A stretch of 64,000 nucleotides of DNA from Eledone cirrhosa (taxonomy: Eukaryota). Below are positions 12,166 to 30,568 of the stretch, piece after piece (position 1 is the first letter of the stretch; every line of letters begins with the position of its first letter). Both the position numbers and the translations under genes were made by a program. Below the pieces are notes generated by a model, which was not told the origin of the DNA, searched no databases, and saw nothing but the letters and a program-made list of their open reading frames with translations. The DNA lies in assembly GCA_964016885.1 (NCBI GenBank), contig OZ024745.1, positions 55,304,001 to 55,368,000 of the forward strand, in the 5' to 3' direction.

Positions 12166-14861
12166 TAGGTTAATTTCCATTCAAATTTGGACACACTCAA
12201 ATAATCCTTCCTTGGACAAGAGTGTCATTATAGCTAACTTACGCTTCTCCCGTAGCAAAATAATAATACGAAGATTTTTTCCAATCGTGATGAATATTTT
12301 CACGATGGTGAGAATGAAGCAGATCAAAAAGATGTTGGTGTAGGAAAATGAGCTGGAGAGAAAATAGAAGGGAAATACATATTATCAACAAAATAGTTCA
12401 TGAAAATTATTGCATCTGTGTTTGCTTAAAGTTCAAATGCCACCAATGCAAAATTTATTAGTTGCATGTATCTGGTCGAAACTTTGTTTTACATGTACTA
12501 AAATATTATTTATATATAACATTCTGGCTTATGAAAACACTGCATACCATTCATTAATATTATAATTGTTTCTCGCATGTGAAAACATTTCAGAATCTAC
12601 CATACCCAAATCTGTATATGCATATTCTCACCTACGCATTTACAAAATACCAGATCCGACAATTAATGTAACATTGTGTTTCAAAATAGTATTTGAATAG
12701 TGTAATCTGAGATATGAGAGCAAATGTAATAGTATTAAATTGGTGGCATAAGTGAGTGATGTCGACATGTTTGGGTCGATAAATATTCCTGATGCTCTTA
12801 TTCAAATCATATCTCTATTCAAGATAAACAATTAAATGAGATTTGTACTACATGAAAGGCGTCTCTTCTATTGATTCCGGTTCTAGATAACCGGGAACCA
12901 TGCCAGGCATTGTGGATTCAACATCCACAGCATTACTAAATACGAAATTATAAAATTGAATTAATGTTTATGTGAAAAGATGGTGTCCCTGCATTACTGT
13001 CATGCCTAAGCGATTGTGGGATCACAAAGAGAATACACCAAAACGGTAAGCAAATGCTGGCCTCCATCCTGCAAGGCCCTACTGAAGGTCTGGCGTGATT
13101 GGAAAAGGATCATCTAATACGAGCTGTCCCTCACCAACCTCTGATGACTATTGCCAACATTATAACAGATTCACGGCGAAACCTCTTAAATCAGTGGCTG
13201 GTGGCACTATTTGCATCGAAGTCCGAAGAATCATGCATGATAGAATCAGGCGACTAGTTGGTAGAATATAGGCATCTTGATTATATATAGAAATGGCGTA
13301 TGCAATCAAGAGCCGTTTCGTATGAATGACAACCAAGAATTTATTTTTCAAATGATTTATATACGTACCCATATGTGATTACAATTTTATTTATGGATTT
13401 CTTTGGATTATGCTGTTTTCCTTTTATTTGCGCAAGTACACGTTAAGCGATTTTGCTATGAAGCTTTTTAAAACATTACTCTTTTAATACAAGTCTCACA
13501 ATGCTTCATATTAACTTCACTACTCTCTCCCTGCCTCCCTCTCTCTGTCTCTGTCTGTCACACTCTCTATGTCTCTCTCTCTATCTTTCTCTGTGATATA
13601 TATATATATATAGGGGTATTCTTTTATTATTTGTCCAGTTTCAGCAATTACACTGTGGATATGCGCTGACACCAGTTACATTTAGATTATCCTAGCGGCC
13701 CTGTATTTATTTTCTCAAATCTAATAATTATTTATGTGATATCTTATTCTTTGACCACATATATCTCTGTGCTTGTATTTCATTTACTGTAAAACCCATA
13801 TCCTATCATTAGACACTGAATTGGTTGGATAAGTGTCCAATTTTAGAGCTTCATGCTTTAAAATGTATCGGGACTTTTAGGCTTTGGAAATTAAGAGGAC
13901 ATTTTTTTTTTTAATGCGTAGAATAGTGTGGGTAAATTATTTATTTAGGATTCGGTTCCAAACCTGAGTTTGTTGCTGGACAAACTCAGGTTTGTAAAGA
14001 GGTTAAACTAGTGTTTAGAAAATGAGAATGTATTTATACTTATATTTTATGTGTGCTGTTTTCTTCTAGCAACCAAATACAGTTTGGTGATATTGAGTAT
14101 GTTCTGATTTTAATCGTAGCATTCTTAAATATTGAGATTTTGTAGTGGAACAGATGTATGTTGCATATTATACGTCAATAGCATCTGTTTTTGCGGTAGC
14201 ATTCAAAATGAACTTTAAAAATATTATAGTGAAAATACTTCATTGGTCAGTATATATTGATCCTTTTTAAACATATTTTCACAAAATCTCCATTGATATT
14301 CTTTACTTGTAATCTTTATATATCATTTTTGCAAATGCCTTATTTTATATTATATATCAGCTGGTCTATCAATCCTCTCAAATTCGATAAATAATGCAGT
14401 CCAAGATATATTCAGGTGAGGACTATTCGTAAATATTACTTCCAAATATTCGTTGATTTTTCGCAAATTAAAGAAATAAATGTTAAATCTATTAACATTA
14501 GACTTTAATGGTATATCCTAACTTTTAGACGTGAAGCTCTCTAAGAGCATTATTTACTGCAGTCATCTCATTAATATTGCCATAATTGAATCTTATACAT
14601 TGCTGGCAACGATACAGGATCTTACAAAACCTTCCTAAAAATAATATTTCAACTACCACTGAACAATCCAAGTACTCACGTATCTCCATAGCCATATCTC
14701 CCCCAAAAAGGTGTCGAAAGGAACGCATATTATGTCGTTCTTCTAAATAGCTTGTTGATACCTATTTCATCAGGAATTAACGAGACATGTATGTACTAGA
14801 TAATTTGTAAACATACAAATGTAAAACATCTGCATAATTCATGAAATATGGGGGTAACATA

Positions 14862-14904
<43 letters not shown>

Positions 14905-14914
14905 CACACATATA

Positions 14915-14955
<41 letters not shown>

Positions 14956-15454
14956 TTATTTATTAGTGTATAACAAAGAACTAAAAAGGTTAACCTACAG
15001 AAGAGTGAAATATAATGGATGAGGATTACAATTTCTTAGGAAATCAAAATCATTATATGTTAACACCATTAATAACACTTATAACTGATCAAATGTTAGT
15101 CGCGTATCGCTATTATTAGATTATAAATGTGTCGATTTAACTGTCATCACTCGGAGGTAGCTAATTGTACGGTCAATGAACTGAGATCTTGTATATAATC
15201 TATATACCTAAGTTACAAATATTAGTACATCTGAAGCTACAAGGAATATCATTAATAATAGATTTTCTTAATATTTATTTTCGTACATATCTCTCGTTCT
15301 ATACGAAAAAAAGATATATGGCGTTTGGGTCTAATTGAAACACAGATATCTGCGTTTGTTAAAGAACATAAGAAGCTACGCATGTATATGATATACGTGA
15401 AACTAGGCCTTATAAATATTCATGATCTGTTTGATTCAAATGAAGAGCATACAT

Positions 15455-15585
15455 TACGGCCCTTTATGGTCTGAGTTCAAATCCCGCCAAGGTTAACTTG
15501 GCCTTTCATCCTTACGGGGTCGATAAAAAGTACCAGTAATGTACTAGATGTTTGCTGGCCTTGTGCCAAAAGTAGAAACAATTAT
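15455..15585 (+). mobile_element. tRNA-derived SINE, 5'-truncated
   Basis: GAGTTCAAATCC, GCCTTTCATCCTTACGGGGTCGATAAAAAGTACC, GGCCTTGTGCCAAAAGTAGAAAC. Confidence 0.8.
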
Positions 15586-15848
15586 TTAAAGGCCTGGTTA
15601 AGGATAGCAAGTGGTTGAACTATCTGTTCATATCAGCGCATGTTTTTAAGCATATCTATTGCACAAAATCACCATCATCCATGTATGTAATTGCAATGCG
15701 ACTAATGCTTGCAACCAAGAACGAATTAACCTAGCCAAACAATCTTGGCTTCGCAATTAACAAAGAACACAATTTTTTCAAATTGCATAGACACATGACA
15801 CACAAGCCGACTTCTGTAGAAACAAAGCAAAGAATAAAATACCATGAT

Positions 15849-15950
<102 letters not shown>

Positions 15951-16303
15951 AATAGAATGAAACCAAATTTCATTTCTCACTCTTAGTACGGCACTTACTT
16001 AAATGTATATACTTTCAAACGTTCAACCATCTGGCAGGAAGGTATACGATGCTGACGATAGCTAATAATCTTGAAACTAGTACATCGTTCCTGTGTCAGT
16101 GTTGAACAAAAAGGTGACGTGGTTGCCTAAACACTGTACGGCGTAATTCGGGCTGTTTGTTTGTTTACAAACAAACACACCGAGCATTATAATAAATGTT
16201 CGGTAAACCGATACGTGCATATATATATGTGTGCATGTATGTATATATATATACATACTACTGTACGTATGTATACATATATGTATGTACGTATACATAC
16301 ATA

Positions 16304-16308
<5 letters not shown>
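15951..16308 (+). mobile_element. Retrozyme-like family B copy with a short 5' inverted piece
   Basis: Homologous to the 30662-31280 unit; 15951-16006 is inverted relative to the rest. Confidence 0.7.
16046..16088 (+). ncRNA. Minimal type I hammerhead ribozyme
   Basis: ACGATG-CTGACGA-TAGCTAATAATCTT-GAAA-CTAG-TA-CATCGT: perfect 6-bp stem I. Confidence 0.75.
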
Positions 16309-16344
<36 letters not shown>

Positions 16345-16351
<7 letters not shown>

Positions 16352-16541
16352 TAAACGGAATAGAAAATGCTGACAAATTGTTCACAGTTGAAAAATGGTT
16401 TAATTAGGAATAAAAGAGTATTAGTAATTGTATGGGTTAGTATTCAGTTGTGGTTTTAAGTTTTTAAGTTTTCACCGGTTGCGCATTTCTAAATGCTTTT
16501 CAAAAATAATTTTGAGATAGAGCGTCTGTGTTGTTTGCTCT
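16345..16541 (-). mobile_element. Family A pLTR-like copy
   Basis: Reverse complement of 1-165 plus an extension; matches 47292-47490. Confidence 0.8.
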
Positions 16542-16556
16542 GATATATATATTTAA

Positions 16557-16628
16557 AGAGAGAGAGATAGATAGATAGATAGATAGAGACAGAGAGAGAG
16601 AGAGAGAGTGAGAGAGAGAGATAGAGAG

Positions 16629-16719
<91 letters not shown>

Positions 16720-16737
16720 GGAGAGAGAGAGAGAGAG
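16557..16737. repeat. (GA)n/(GATA)n microsatellite
   Basis: Direct reading. Confidence 0.95.
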
Positions 16738-19700
16738 TAGTGTAATTTACACAAGGAATTACATGTAGTAAAAACTGATATTTTCGTCAAGCCAGTACAA
16801 TGCGGTAGAAAAAAACGCTGGGCGAACGATGACAAATGAAAAGAAGCAAAATAAAGTAATATTTTACTTACTGTATTTTCGTATTATATTTCAGGTCTAC
16901 CACTCTCCTTTCGTATTGGGTATGCAAAAATGCGATATAGGAATATTTATTTCGGTCATTGGATCTTATTTTGCCTTCCAATCCATTTCTCCTGTGTCCA
17001 TACTATCATATATTCTGTCTATAGTTATTCCATGAGTACATCATTCTTGTAACCGTGCAGGGCTTTCTGCCAAATAGAGACGTTGGTATAATCATCATAG
17101 TATAGATCCATACAACCCCAAATCATCTATTGTTGCAAGAAACTATGTCTAAATGTATTTCCTGTGCGTAATTCAGGAATGTATCTTATTCAGAAACCAA
17201 ATGTGTAAAACAATTGTTAAATTGGCTGCCTTCAACATAGATTAATAGGTATTGAGTCACCTGCTATAGTATTGATGCCATTCATTTGATAAACCTAATA
17301 TTTATAATAGTTGAATAAATTTGTGGATTTGATATTCACTATATTTTTGGTAATTTGGCTGTATAATTGATCTTAAATATATTGAGAAAACTTTCCTGCG
17401 ATTGGCCACCGTCCCTATGATGCTAGAGCCTAGATAACGAAAATGCGTTTCAAGATAAAGTATCAGTAACGATTGTGTGAAAACAATTATCGCTAGCAAA
17501 AATGCAATGTTGCGATTTAAAGATATATTATTAACCACAAGTTAACATGCATAGAAATTGATCACTCTAGTTAATTGAATCTGTCTGGCGGACATCATAT
17601 CACAAATTCATAGTTCAAATACCGTAACATATGATACTATATAATTCATACAATCTTTAAATTTCCAACTGCAGAAATTACAAATTCAATGCAATAATGT
17701 AGTATAACCTGGTATTATTGTTTTAGTAAATATATATGTAGAGATAAGCAGATAATATTCGGAAAGCTTGTACAAAATATGAATAACACCTCATGGGCGT
17801 TAAAGATGCATTATCATCGAATATTCCGTTACAAACAAGTGATTTATAGCCAGCTAGTAATATATATTCTTAATTAATTGATTAACATAATTTGTGGTAG
17901 CCGACTGATAATTATATGTTCTCTTTTCCTTGTTGAATATATGAAAGTGGATTATATTGATTTAACATACAACATATATAGGTTTTGTATATATAGATGA
18001 GGCAATTCTTTCGGCAAGCATGTTTAACTCATATGCGAAATAACTTTGTAGCTTGTGTCGATGTTTCACTATGGCTACATATTCGACTAGTTGTATAGAT
18101 AAAATGGATATATATTGTAGCATAGGAAATAACATGAGGTCGATCTATAACACTTTGGTCATTAACAATTCTACATTACTAGATTGGCTTTTCGCAATGC
18201 AGGATGTAATTATTTTTTTTTTGTTTAATGAACTTATATTAAATACATAAATTTCTATTAAAAATCTTAAAAGAAACTTTTAAGGGTTTTTAATTCAAGT
18301 CAGATGATTCCATGTAAGGCATATTGTCTTTTATAATTTTGCATTAATTGTAGCAATTATTCTAATTAGAATGCAACTAAATATTTATGGTATGCCGATT
18401 ATTTATTACGGCTTAACATTACGAATTAATATAAATGCAAATAAAACAATTTCACGTAGAACAATAATCTCTCTAGATACAGTAAATATTTTTCCTGCGT
18501 TGTAACATGTCACTAAAACGGGAAAAAAATGTTTGCGTTAAAGTACAATCTAACAGGTTCATATATTTGTCTTGTATTATACATTCAGTTTTTTTTTAAA
18601 TTTAGTTCTTCATTTTCGAAACAACGTTCAATGGATTTTTATAACACATTTCCAATGAAAATTTGCGTAACGAAACATTTCAATTATAAACATGATGAAT
18701 ACTGAATTTACGTTGCTGTAAATATTTAGGAAGCAGCTAATATTAATAAATGGTACCCGCAGAGTTTAGGGAATTACAAATCAGATTGAGTTTTGGTAAA
18801 ATACAGATTTACGTATCGTTGATTTTTACACCTCTGGAAGTATTTTCCCTATACAATATTCGCCTTCACTTTAGCAAATCCTGATAATAGATTGTTGTGA
18901 AAAGCCAATGCAGGTAATCTTTTACAAGTGTGTATTATTTTCAAATGAGTATGTTTGGCAAATAAATTACCGTTATAATATTTATAAAAAATGAGAGCAT
19001 TCTTCCGAAATTATTCCGAGCGGCAGAATAATAAAATGATTTATTTACAAAGTTCATATTTTGATTAAATTGTAAATATATGAAGATTAATACAATGGTC
19101 ACTCTCGGTAGCTCATATTTCGGTAGTATGTGCGATGGTGTCACTAAGCGTTTCAGGTGCCAAATATTCGTCAGCAGAAACGGAAGTCATTTCGATCCCC
19201 ACTCGATAGTAAACCCGAACCCGAATGGACTAAAGGAAAACTGCATTGGAGTTTGGAACTCAAATATATGGAAAAATTATGCTTAACCAACATGCCCATG
19301 TGTATGCACATGCGCGGATACATGTATGTATCTGTGTGCACGCATATATACATACATGCATGTGTATGCATGTCTGGGTGTATGTATTTGTATGAACATG
19401 TCTGTGTAAGTGTATGCATATGTATGTGTAGATCTTCGATTTTTTCATCTGTATATATGTGCAGCGTCTTAACTATATACGCTTTCCTGAGTACAGTGTA
19501 TGTGTGTAGATATGTGTATATTTATCAAAATACCTTTGAAATAACTTTTTGGAAAGGCTCTTTGAAGCCTTTTTAAAGTTTTTTTTATAGGGCTATTTTT
19601 CTGAAATGTGTGTTTTTTAAGGTATTCTGGGGGTGTGTTTTTCTGAAATATTTTTTTAAAATTATTTCTAAGTATTCGCTGCACATTCAATATTTACTGT

Positions 19701-20214
19701 GATTGTCGCATATAATAAAGTTTCGGGTCTGTGTGATTGCTGTGGGTGTATAAGTACCCATATGTATCACGCCTGCGCGAAATATGGACATGTGTTTGGG
19801 CACCTACAGGCCGGGAAGTCTGCGACAGGCCGCGAGCGGTTCAATGATACAACCCTTTACCTCCTACAGTAGTAATTCCGATATAAGAAGCAACTTTGAT
19901 TGCTAGGTGGAAAAAGAAAAGAACCAAATATATGACGGCCATGAGTGGCCAAGTATACCGATGACGTGTACAATAGATGACCACTCGCAGAAAGACGACA
20001 ACAGGATTTAAGCTCCCGGGTGAAGGCCCCGTGTGTAGCTGGACGTTTGGAAACACTGATTCGTAGAATCAAAACGTATCGAGACGATTCCAGAGTCAGG
20101 TTCGATCATTGCATCAATCGTGCCTCGAGTTGGTCGCCAGAGTAACGATTGTAATATGTATAATACATTTTATTTGTCGCTCCACTGATTCTCATTTTCT
20201 TATGTGATACATAC

Positions 20215-20313
<99 letters not shown>

Positions 20314-20335
20314 ATATATATATATATATATATAC

Positions 20336-20441
<106 letters not shown>

Positions 20442-20518
20442 TTATTATTATTACTATATATATATATTTATTATTATTACTATATATATATATATATATT
20501 TTATATATATATTATATA

Positions 20519-22873
20519 ACTTTAACTTTAACTTTGATAACTTTGATAGGTTTCGGCCAGTATTGGCCCAGGCCATGTCTAACTTAATAGCACCACATTG
20601 CGAAGTTTTACAAATTAGTGTTTGGGCACCATGTCCCACTCGAGCAAAGAGTTATTGTTTGCGGAGGCATATCCGAGTGTAGGAGGCTTAGCTGGGATTT
20701 CTTGAAAGAATTTATCTAAAGACTTTTTGAACTTGATGGGGTCTGTCTCTGCTTTGATGTGTTTTGGTGTAATGTTAAAGAGTGCAGGGCCAATTGAGGT
20801 GAAATAATTATGCCGTATTGTTGTTATGAAATGCGAGTGAGATTTTTTGTCGTGGGCGGATAGCACGGGGCCCAAGTCTTAGGTGTACATTAAAGGTGAT
20901 GCCAACATTTTTTGGGCGAAGCTGATGCAATATTTTCCACATCATGCAGATAATGTAGCGCTCACGGTGATGTTGGAGAGAATAAATGTTGAGCTTTTCT
21001 AATCGACTCCAATAGTCAAGGCCTGTGATGCCATCTATCTTTTTTTGTAATTGACATTTAGGGTGCTTCAAATTTCATGATACATTGTTTCGTGTGGGGT
21101 GACCACAGTGGACAACATTATTCAAGGTAGGGTCGGGCAAATGTGGAGAAGAGAAGGATAACAGTGTGGATATCTCTGGACTGGAACATCTGACAATCCA
21201 GGTACACATTCTGCGGGCCATATCACTTTGCTGTTTATATGTGTGGCCCAGCTTATGTTGTTGTCCACAATTACTCCCAGGTATCTGATGTTATTGGCTG
21301 CCACTAGAGTTTCACCCGAAGGAAGAGAGTATGACAGTTTCAGGGCATCCTTTTTTCCAAAATGGATTAATTCAAACTTATCCTCATTCAACGGCATATT
21401 ATTCATTTCTGCCCATTGGATAACAGACAGTAGGTATGACTGAAGGCAAGTTCGGTCACCCACCTCATTGATGACCCTTTGGAGCTTGGAATCATTTGCG
21501 AAGATTCTTATGTTGCTGTGCTTGATGATGTCAGTAATGTAATTATTTTTACATGATGAAAAGAAGTGGGCCCAACACAGTGCCTTGTGGGACGCCACTG
21601 CTGACTTTGGCAGGGCTTGATTTTACTCCTTCGACTACAACATGTTGGGTTCTTCCAGAGACACCAACATTGTATAGTTTTTTCAGTAGAATTTTATGAT
21701 CAACCCTGTCGAAGGCCTTGCTGAAATCAAGGTAGATGGCATCAGTGTTGGAGCCCTCTCCCAAGTCTCTCAAAACATCGTCAAAGTGATGAAGGAGCTG
21801 CGGTAGGCAGTCCCTTCTATTGCGGAACCCATGTTGGTTGGAGTTCAGCAGGCCATTGCTTTCAAGAAAGTGGGTTATTCGTGATCTCACCACCCTCTCA
21901 AATACCTTGATAATATGATAGGTGAGTGAGATCGAACGGTAGTCCACTTCAATGGACTTATTTCCCTTTTTGGAGACTGGGACAACGGACTAGGACAGAA
22001 AGTTTTCAGGAATATAGCCAGTTTCAAGTGAGTTCCTCCACAGATTAGCAAGAGTGGATGCAAGTTGGTGTCGATACACCTTCAGGACACAAGCAGGGTA
22101 CCTGTCGGGGCCTACTGCTGAATTGTGTTTAACTTCGTTTATTGCCGCTAAGACAACAGGGGCGCCAATCGTTATGTCTGATATAGTGTGTTGGGGATTA
22201 ACATCACTGATACGGCCAGATCGGCCATATTAGGATTGCTGAAAACAGAACGGTATTGTTTCTGCAGTATCTCGCCCATGGTTTTGGCATTGTCTTGGAG
22301 TGTGCCATTTTCATCAACTAGGGAGCCAACAGTGGAGACGGTGACCTTGTGTTTTTTAGCAAATGAAAAGAACACTTTGGGGTTTAGTTTGATTTTTTCA
22401 ATGGCTCACCTCTCTTCAGCTATTCTCTGGTTATTGATGTTGGTCATCATACATTGCTGGAGGGTATATTTTTTTTACTCAAGCAGGGCGATAGCCATTG
22501 AATGTGTGTGTTGCTGTTGGCAGTATTTTAGTGTGTTAATTTTTTTGTTTCTTCTTTTTATTTCTCTGATAATTGCTTTTCTGTTTCGGGGATACTGCAC
22601 TTGATTTTGTTCACAGGTTTTGGTGGGGTGTGTTAATGCATATATTTGTGACAGTATCTACAAAGAAGTGCCAACATGTTTTGATGTTGGTGGAAGTGTG
22701 TGCTTGTGTAAAAGACCAGTCGACATGTGATAGTTTGTTCATAATTGCATCCCTGTTGGCATTCTAGGGATCCATGTTATCAAATGGGTGGGGTGGAAAG
22801 AGGACGCTGGGGTTAGCTTTCGACTGGTGGAATCTCAGGTTACAAAGAACTATGTCATGGACTGAGAGAAGGG
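20519..22873 (-). mobile_element. 5'-truncated, frameshifted CR1-clade LINE (RT region and 3' end)
   Basis: YRSISLT, QHGFR, DFSKAFD, SGVPQGTVLGPLLF, YWSRLEKLNIYSLQ; short (AAAGTT)-type 3' tail at ~20519-20548; same family as 32377-36210. Confidence 0.9.
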
Positions 22874-22981
22874 ATATATATATATTTTATATATATATAT
22901 ATTTTTATATATATATATATATTATACATATTTGATATATATATATATTTTATATATATATATATATATTTTATATATATA

Positions 22982-23180
<199 letters not shown>

Positions 23181-23309
23181 GTTTCTTAGAACCTGAGCTG
23201 GTTTTGAAAAGGGTGGTATCAAAGGGGTAAATTAACAAATGAAATGATCTGGGGTTTTGTTTTATGTGAAAAGTGAAGCACTAGACATGGGTGGTAAACA
23301 ATTTTTTTT

Positions 23310-23495
23310 AAATCGGTGTACTCACTATATGTGCCTTTACCGCCCTTTCAAGCTCCAGAATAAACGGAAAATCCAAGCGGACTTCCAGAAGAGCCTTCTT
23401 TAGATACCTCCCTTCCCAATGGAAGTCGGCTTGGATTTTCCGTTTATTCGGGAGCTTGAAACCGCGGTAAAGCACATACAGTAAGTACAGCGAAT
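23310..23495. repeat. Diverged inverted repeat with a hammerhead 3' half
   Basis: 23310-23378 pairs with 23419-23495; the right arm has GAAA-CCGCGG-TA. Confidence 0.65.
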
Positions 23496-23661
23496 TTTTT
23501 TTAATTTATTTTAAAACATTTTCTCTATTTGCTATACCTTGATTTTATATGTTCTGATGTGCTAATTTATTAACCCGCCATAGAACTACATTGGCATACC
23601 GTTGGATATTACTCGTTTCCCTACATGTATTTTTTACACGTTGGAATTCATACTTTATTAT

Positions 23662-23728
<67 letters not shown>

Positions 23729-23767
23729 ATATACTTATATATATAGTATATATATATATATATATAT

Positions 23768-24634
23768 TTCGTTTCTGAATTTGTTTAGCAAGATTCTTTA
23801 TCTGAAAATGTGTGTTGAAACCGATATTGTTATACTTTGGGAGGGTCATGTTGCCAATAAGAAACACACGCACCAGTTGCTTTAACTTCAATTTATTATA
23901 ATAAATTTATAAATTTAGGAATTTATAAATTTCCGGTTGGTTGGTTGGTTCCACAACCAGATGGTTGTTTATATATTGTCAAAGTTCTTTCGGTACACAT
24001 TCTGTGACCTCTTCAGTGACTGCGGATTCTTTTCTTTGTTTTTGTGCCTCTCCTTTGTTCTGTCCTACGCCATTTTGTTTCTGTGTTGTGTGCTTAGTTA
24101 GCGCGTGTGTTACATCCGGGTGTCTGTGTGTGTTTATATTTGTTTATTTACATGTTACTGGTTAGTTGTTTGTTCTATGTGTGTTTTCACTTTGTCCTTA
24201 ATTGTAAGTTGTGATGTTGCTATTCTATTCATGCTTTCTATTTAATTTTGGTTGGAGTTCATTTATTTTTATGGCCTCTGTGATTTTCTGTGTGTAGATT
24301 CTATTTGTATTTCTATGTTCTCTAATTTACCCTTATGTTCTATTTTAGCATGTTGGTATTGTACAGATGATTCTTTACTATCTTGAAGCTCTCGCCAGTG
24401 TTCATTTATCCGTTCTCCTATACTACGAGCTGTCTAACCTATGTACACTATATTCTTATATCTACATTTTCCTTCAGTACATCTTATGCTATATACTACA
24501 TTTCTAGTTTACAGATCTAGTTTACACATCTTAGTTTACAGATTATACATTTCTTATATATACAGGGAGGTCTTTGAAAAGTGTATGTATTGCTAATAAG
24601 AGTTTTTATGGAGGTACCTGGTCTTTCTACTATC

Positions 24635-24635
<1 letters not shown>
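23768..24635 (-). mobile_element. Decayed PLE 3' fragment (GIY-YIG end plus pLTR), related to 41580-42590
   Basis: Minus-strand translation gives TRNVVYSIRCTE and EAIKINELQPKLNRK; the 3' region matches 42500-42590. Confidence 0.75.
23978..24020 (-). ncRNA. Minimal type I hammerhead ribozyme
   Basis: Minus strand: GTCA-CTGAAGA-GGTCACAGAATGTGTACC-GAAA-GAAC-TT-TGAC. Confidence 0.75.
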
Positions 24636-24665
<30 letters not shown>

Positions 24666-24696
24666 TCTATATTCTATATACATATATATATATTTA

Positions 24697-25804
24697 ATAC
24701 ACTAACAGAGAAAGCTTTAAGCAGTACTCCGACCGACTTCTGTCTCACTCAACAAACATTATGATATACCTTAGTATAATCCCAATTATACGTTTGGGGT
24801 GCTAACTATTCGTATTTTGCGGATAGCTAGTTGTATTATTTTATAAGAGACATAATTAAATACATCCCTCTTTCCAGACGATAGTTTCATTATAAGTTTT
24901 CTACAAGTTGGGAAAATAATGTCCAGGTTATGTAGAAGCCTACACATAGTCCAGAATGCCCAACAATATCGATATAAAAACCCTACCTATATTAATATTC
25001 AGCGATGGTACGCGTCAGTGTTAGAGTGACCGCCAAATTTGACATTCCAGCAGTGTCACAAAGAGAAATCTCACACCGTCACCAACCGGGAAGGGGAGGT
25101 CATCGTAAAACATAAAAGGATAAAATAATATGCACGCAGGTCAATTAATTCTGTCAAGAATTTTAACCGTACGTGAAGAACTCAATTGGATATAAATATA
25201 TATATATATGCATGTATTATTTATACATGCATATAAGTATTTTCTCAGGCTAAAAACAGAGATAAGATACCGGAAAAACAATCAACATTTCTTACAAAGA
25301 ATAAAAAAAGAAAGTCATACCTAAAAATATCTGGAAATTTTCATATCTGGCCAATTCAAGAGTATAATATTTAATAAACTAACAGAGAAAGCTTTAAGCA
25401 ATACTCCGACAGACTTCCGTCTCAATCAACAGACATTAGGATATCCCTTAGTATAATCCCAACTATACTTTCGGGGTGCTGGCTATATGTATTTTGCGGA
25501 TAGCCAGTTGTATTATTTTATATGAGACATAATTAAATACATCCCTCTTTCCAAACGATCGTTTCATTATAAGTTGTCTACGAGATGGGAAAATAATGTC
25601 CAGGTTATGTAGAAGCCTACACATAGTCTATAAGAATATATGCAGGTGGGCACTTATAAATCATCAGTGGATGCCCAACAATATCGATATAAAAAAAAAC
25701 CCACCGATATTAACATTCAGCGATGGTACACGTCAGTGTTAGAGTGACCACCAAATTTGAAATTCCAGCAGTCTCACAAAGAGAAATCTCACGCCGTCAC
25801 CAAG

Positions 25805-25808
<4 letters not shown>
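24697..25808 (-). mobile_element. Non-coding tandem unit (period ~677, ~1.6 copies), family C; another copy at ~59850-60310 (+)
   Basis: CTAACAGAGAAAGC occurs at 24702 and 25379; TA-flanked; contains a hammerhead. Confidence 0.75.
25550..25671 (-). ncRNA. Type I hammerhead ribozyme with a long stem II insert
   Basis: Minus strand: TCCA-CTGATGA-TTTATAAGT...ACTTATAAT-GAAA-CGATCG-TT-TGGA. Confidence 0.8.
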
Positions 25809-25886
<78 letters not shown>

Positions 25887-25895
25887 ATCTATCTA

Positions 25896-27800
<1,905 letters not shown>

Positions 27801-27821
27801 GTTTGCGATTTTATATATATA

Positions 27822-27863
<42 letters not shown>

Positions 27864-27875
27864 TATATATATATA

Positions 27876-28254
27876 TAGTATGAAAAAAGAAAAAATCAGT
27901 GATACATCTGGACTCAGTTTATTGCGTGTTACAATTGTTTCGCCGGTAGGTAGTTCGAGACATGATCACTGTATGGATGTGGCTGATTCTACGGCTGCAG
28001 GTTCTAATGTAGAAAATAACAGCCAATGGCATGACAAGAGTGGAAGATGTTTTTGAAGGTGTTTTTTGATGATAACACCCCAGTGAGAAAATTTACTCCG
28101 AAAGAATTGCATGTGCCCGAAGGAACCTGCAGCCGTAGATAGAATCAGACAAATCCATACAATGATCCTGTCTCGAGCTACATGCCGGCGAAACAATTGT
28201 AACACGCAATAAACTGAGTTCAGATGTATCACTGATTTTTCGTTTTTTATACTA
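27876..28254. repeat. Diverged inverted pLTR pair with a degenerate hammerhead
   Basis: 27876-28004 pairs with 28123-28254; both carry GAAA-CAATTG-TA-ACAC; the 5' core is degenerate (CCGAAGG). Confidence 0.7.
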
Positions 28255-28336
28255 TTCACATTGTGCTCTGTGAGAATATTGAGTGCTAATTTTGGAATAC
28301 CGCCTATGGAAGCACCATAGCTACCATTAAACATAC

Positions 28337-30293
<1,957 letters not shown>

Positions 30294-30416
30294 TTCTACC
30301 TGGAGTTGCGACCGATAGATAGTTTTAGCAACTGGAAAGACCGACGAAAACATTGTTTCCTCGGTCCGATTTGAGGAAAGTCGATCGATCCTTTTTTTTT
30401 ATATATATATATATAT

Positions 30417-30532
30417 ATAAGTTGTAATATAATGAAACGAAATTTCATTTCTCACTCTTAGTACGGCACTTACTTAAATGTAAGTATGTATGTATACGTA
30501 CATACATATATGTATACAGACGTACAGTAGCA

Positions 30533-30568
<36 letters not shown>

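Noticed and set aside
19947-20010. Hammerhead at CCGATGA...GAAA
   Set aside because: No stem III, UH or stem I partner follows GAAA.
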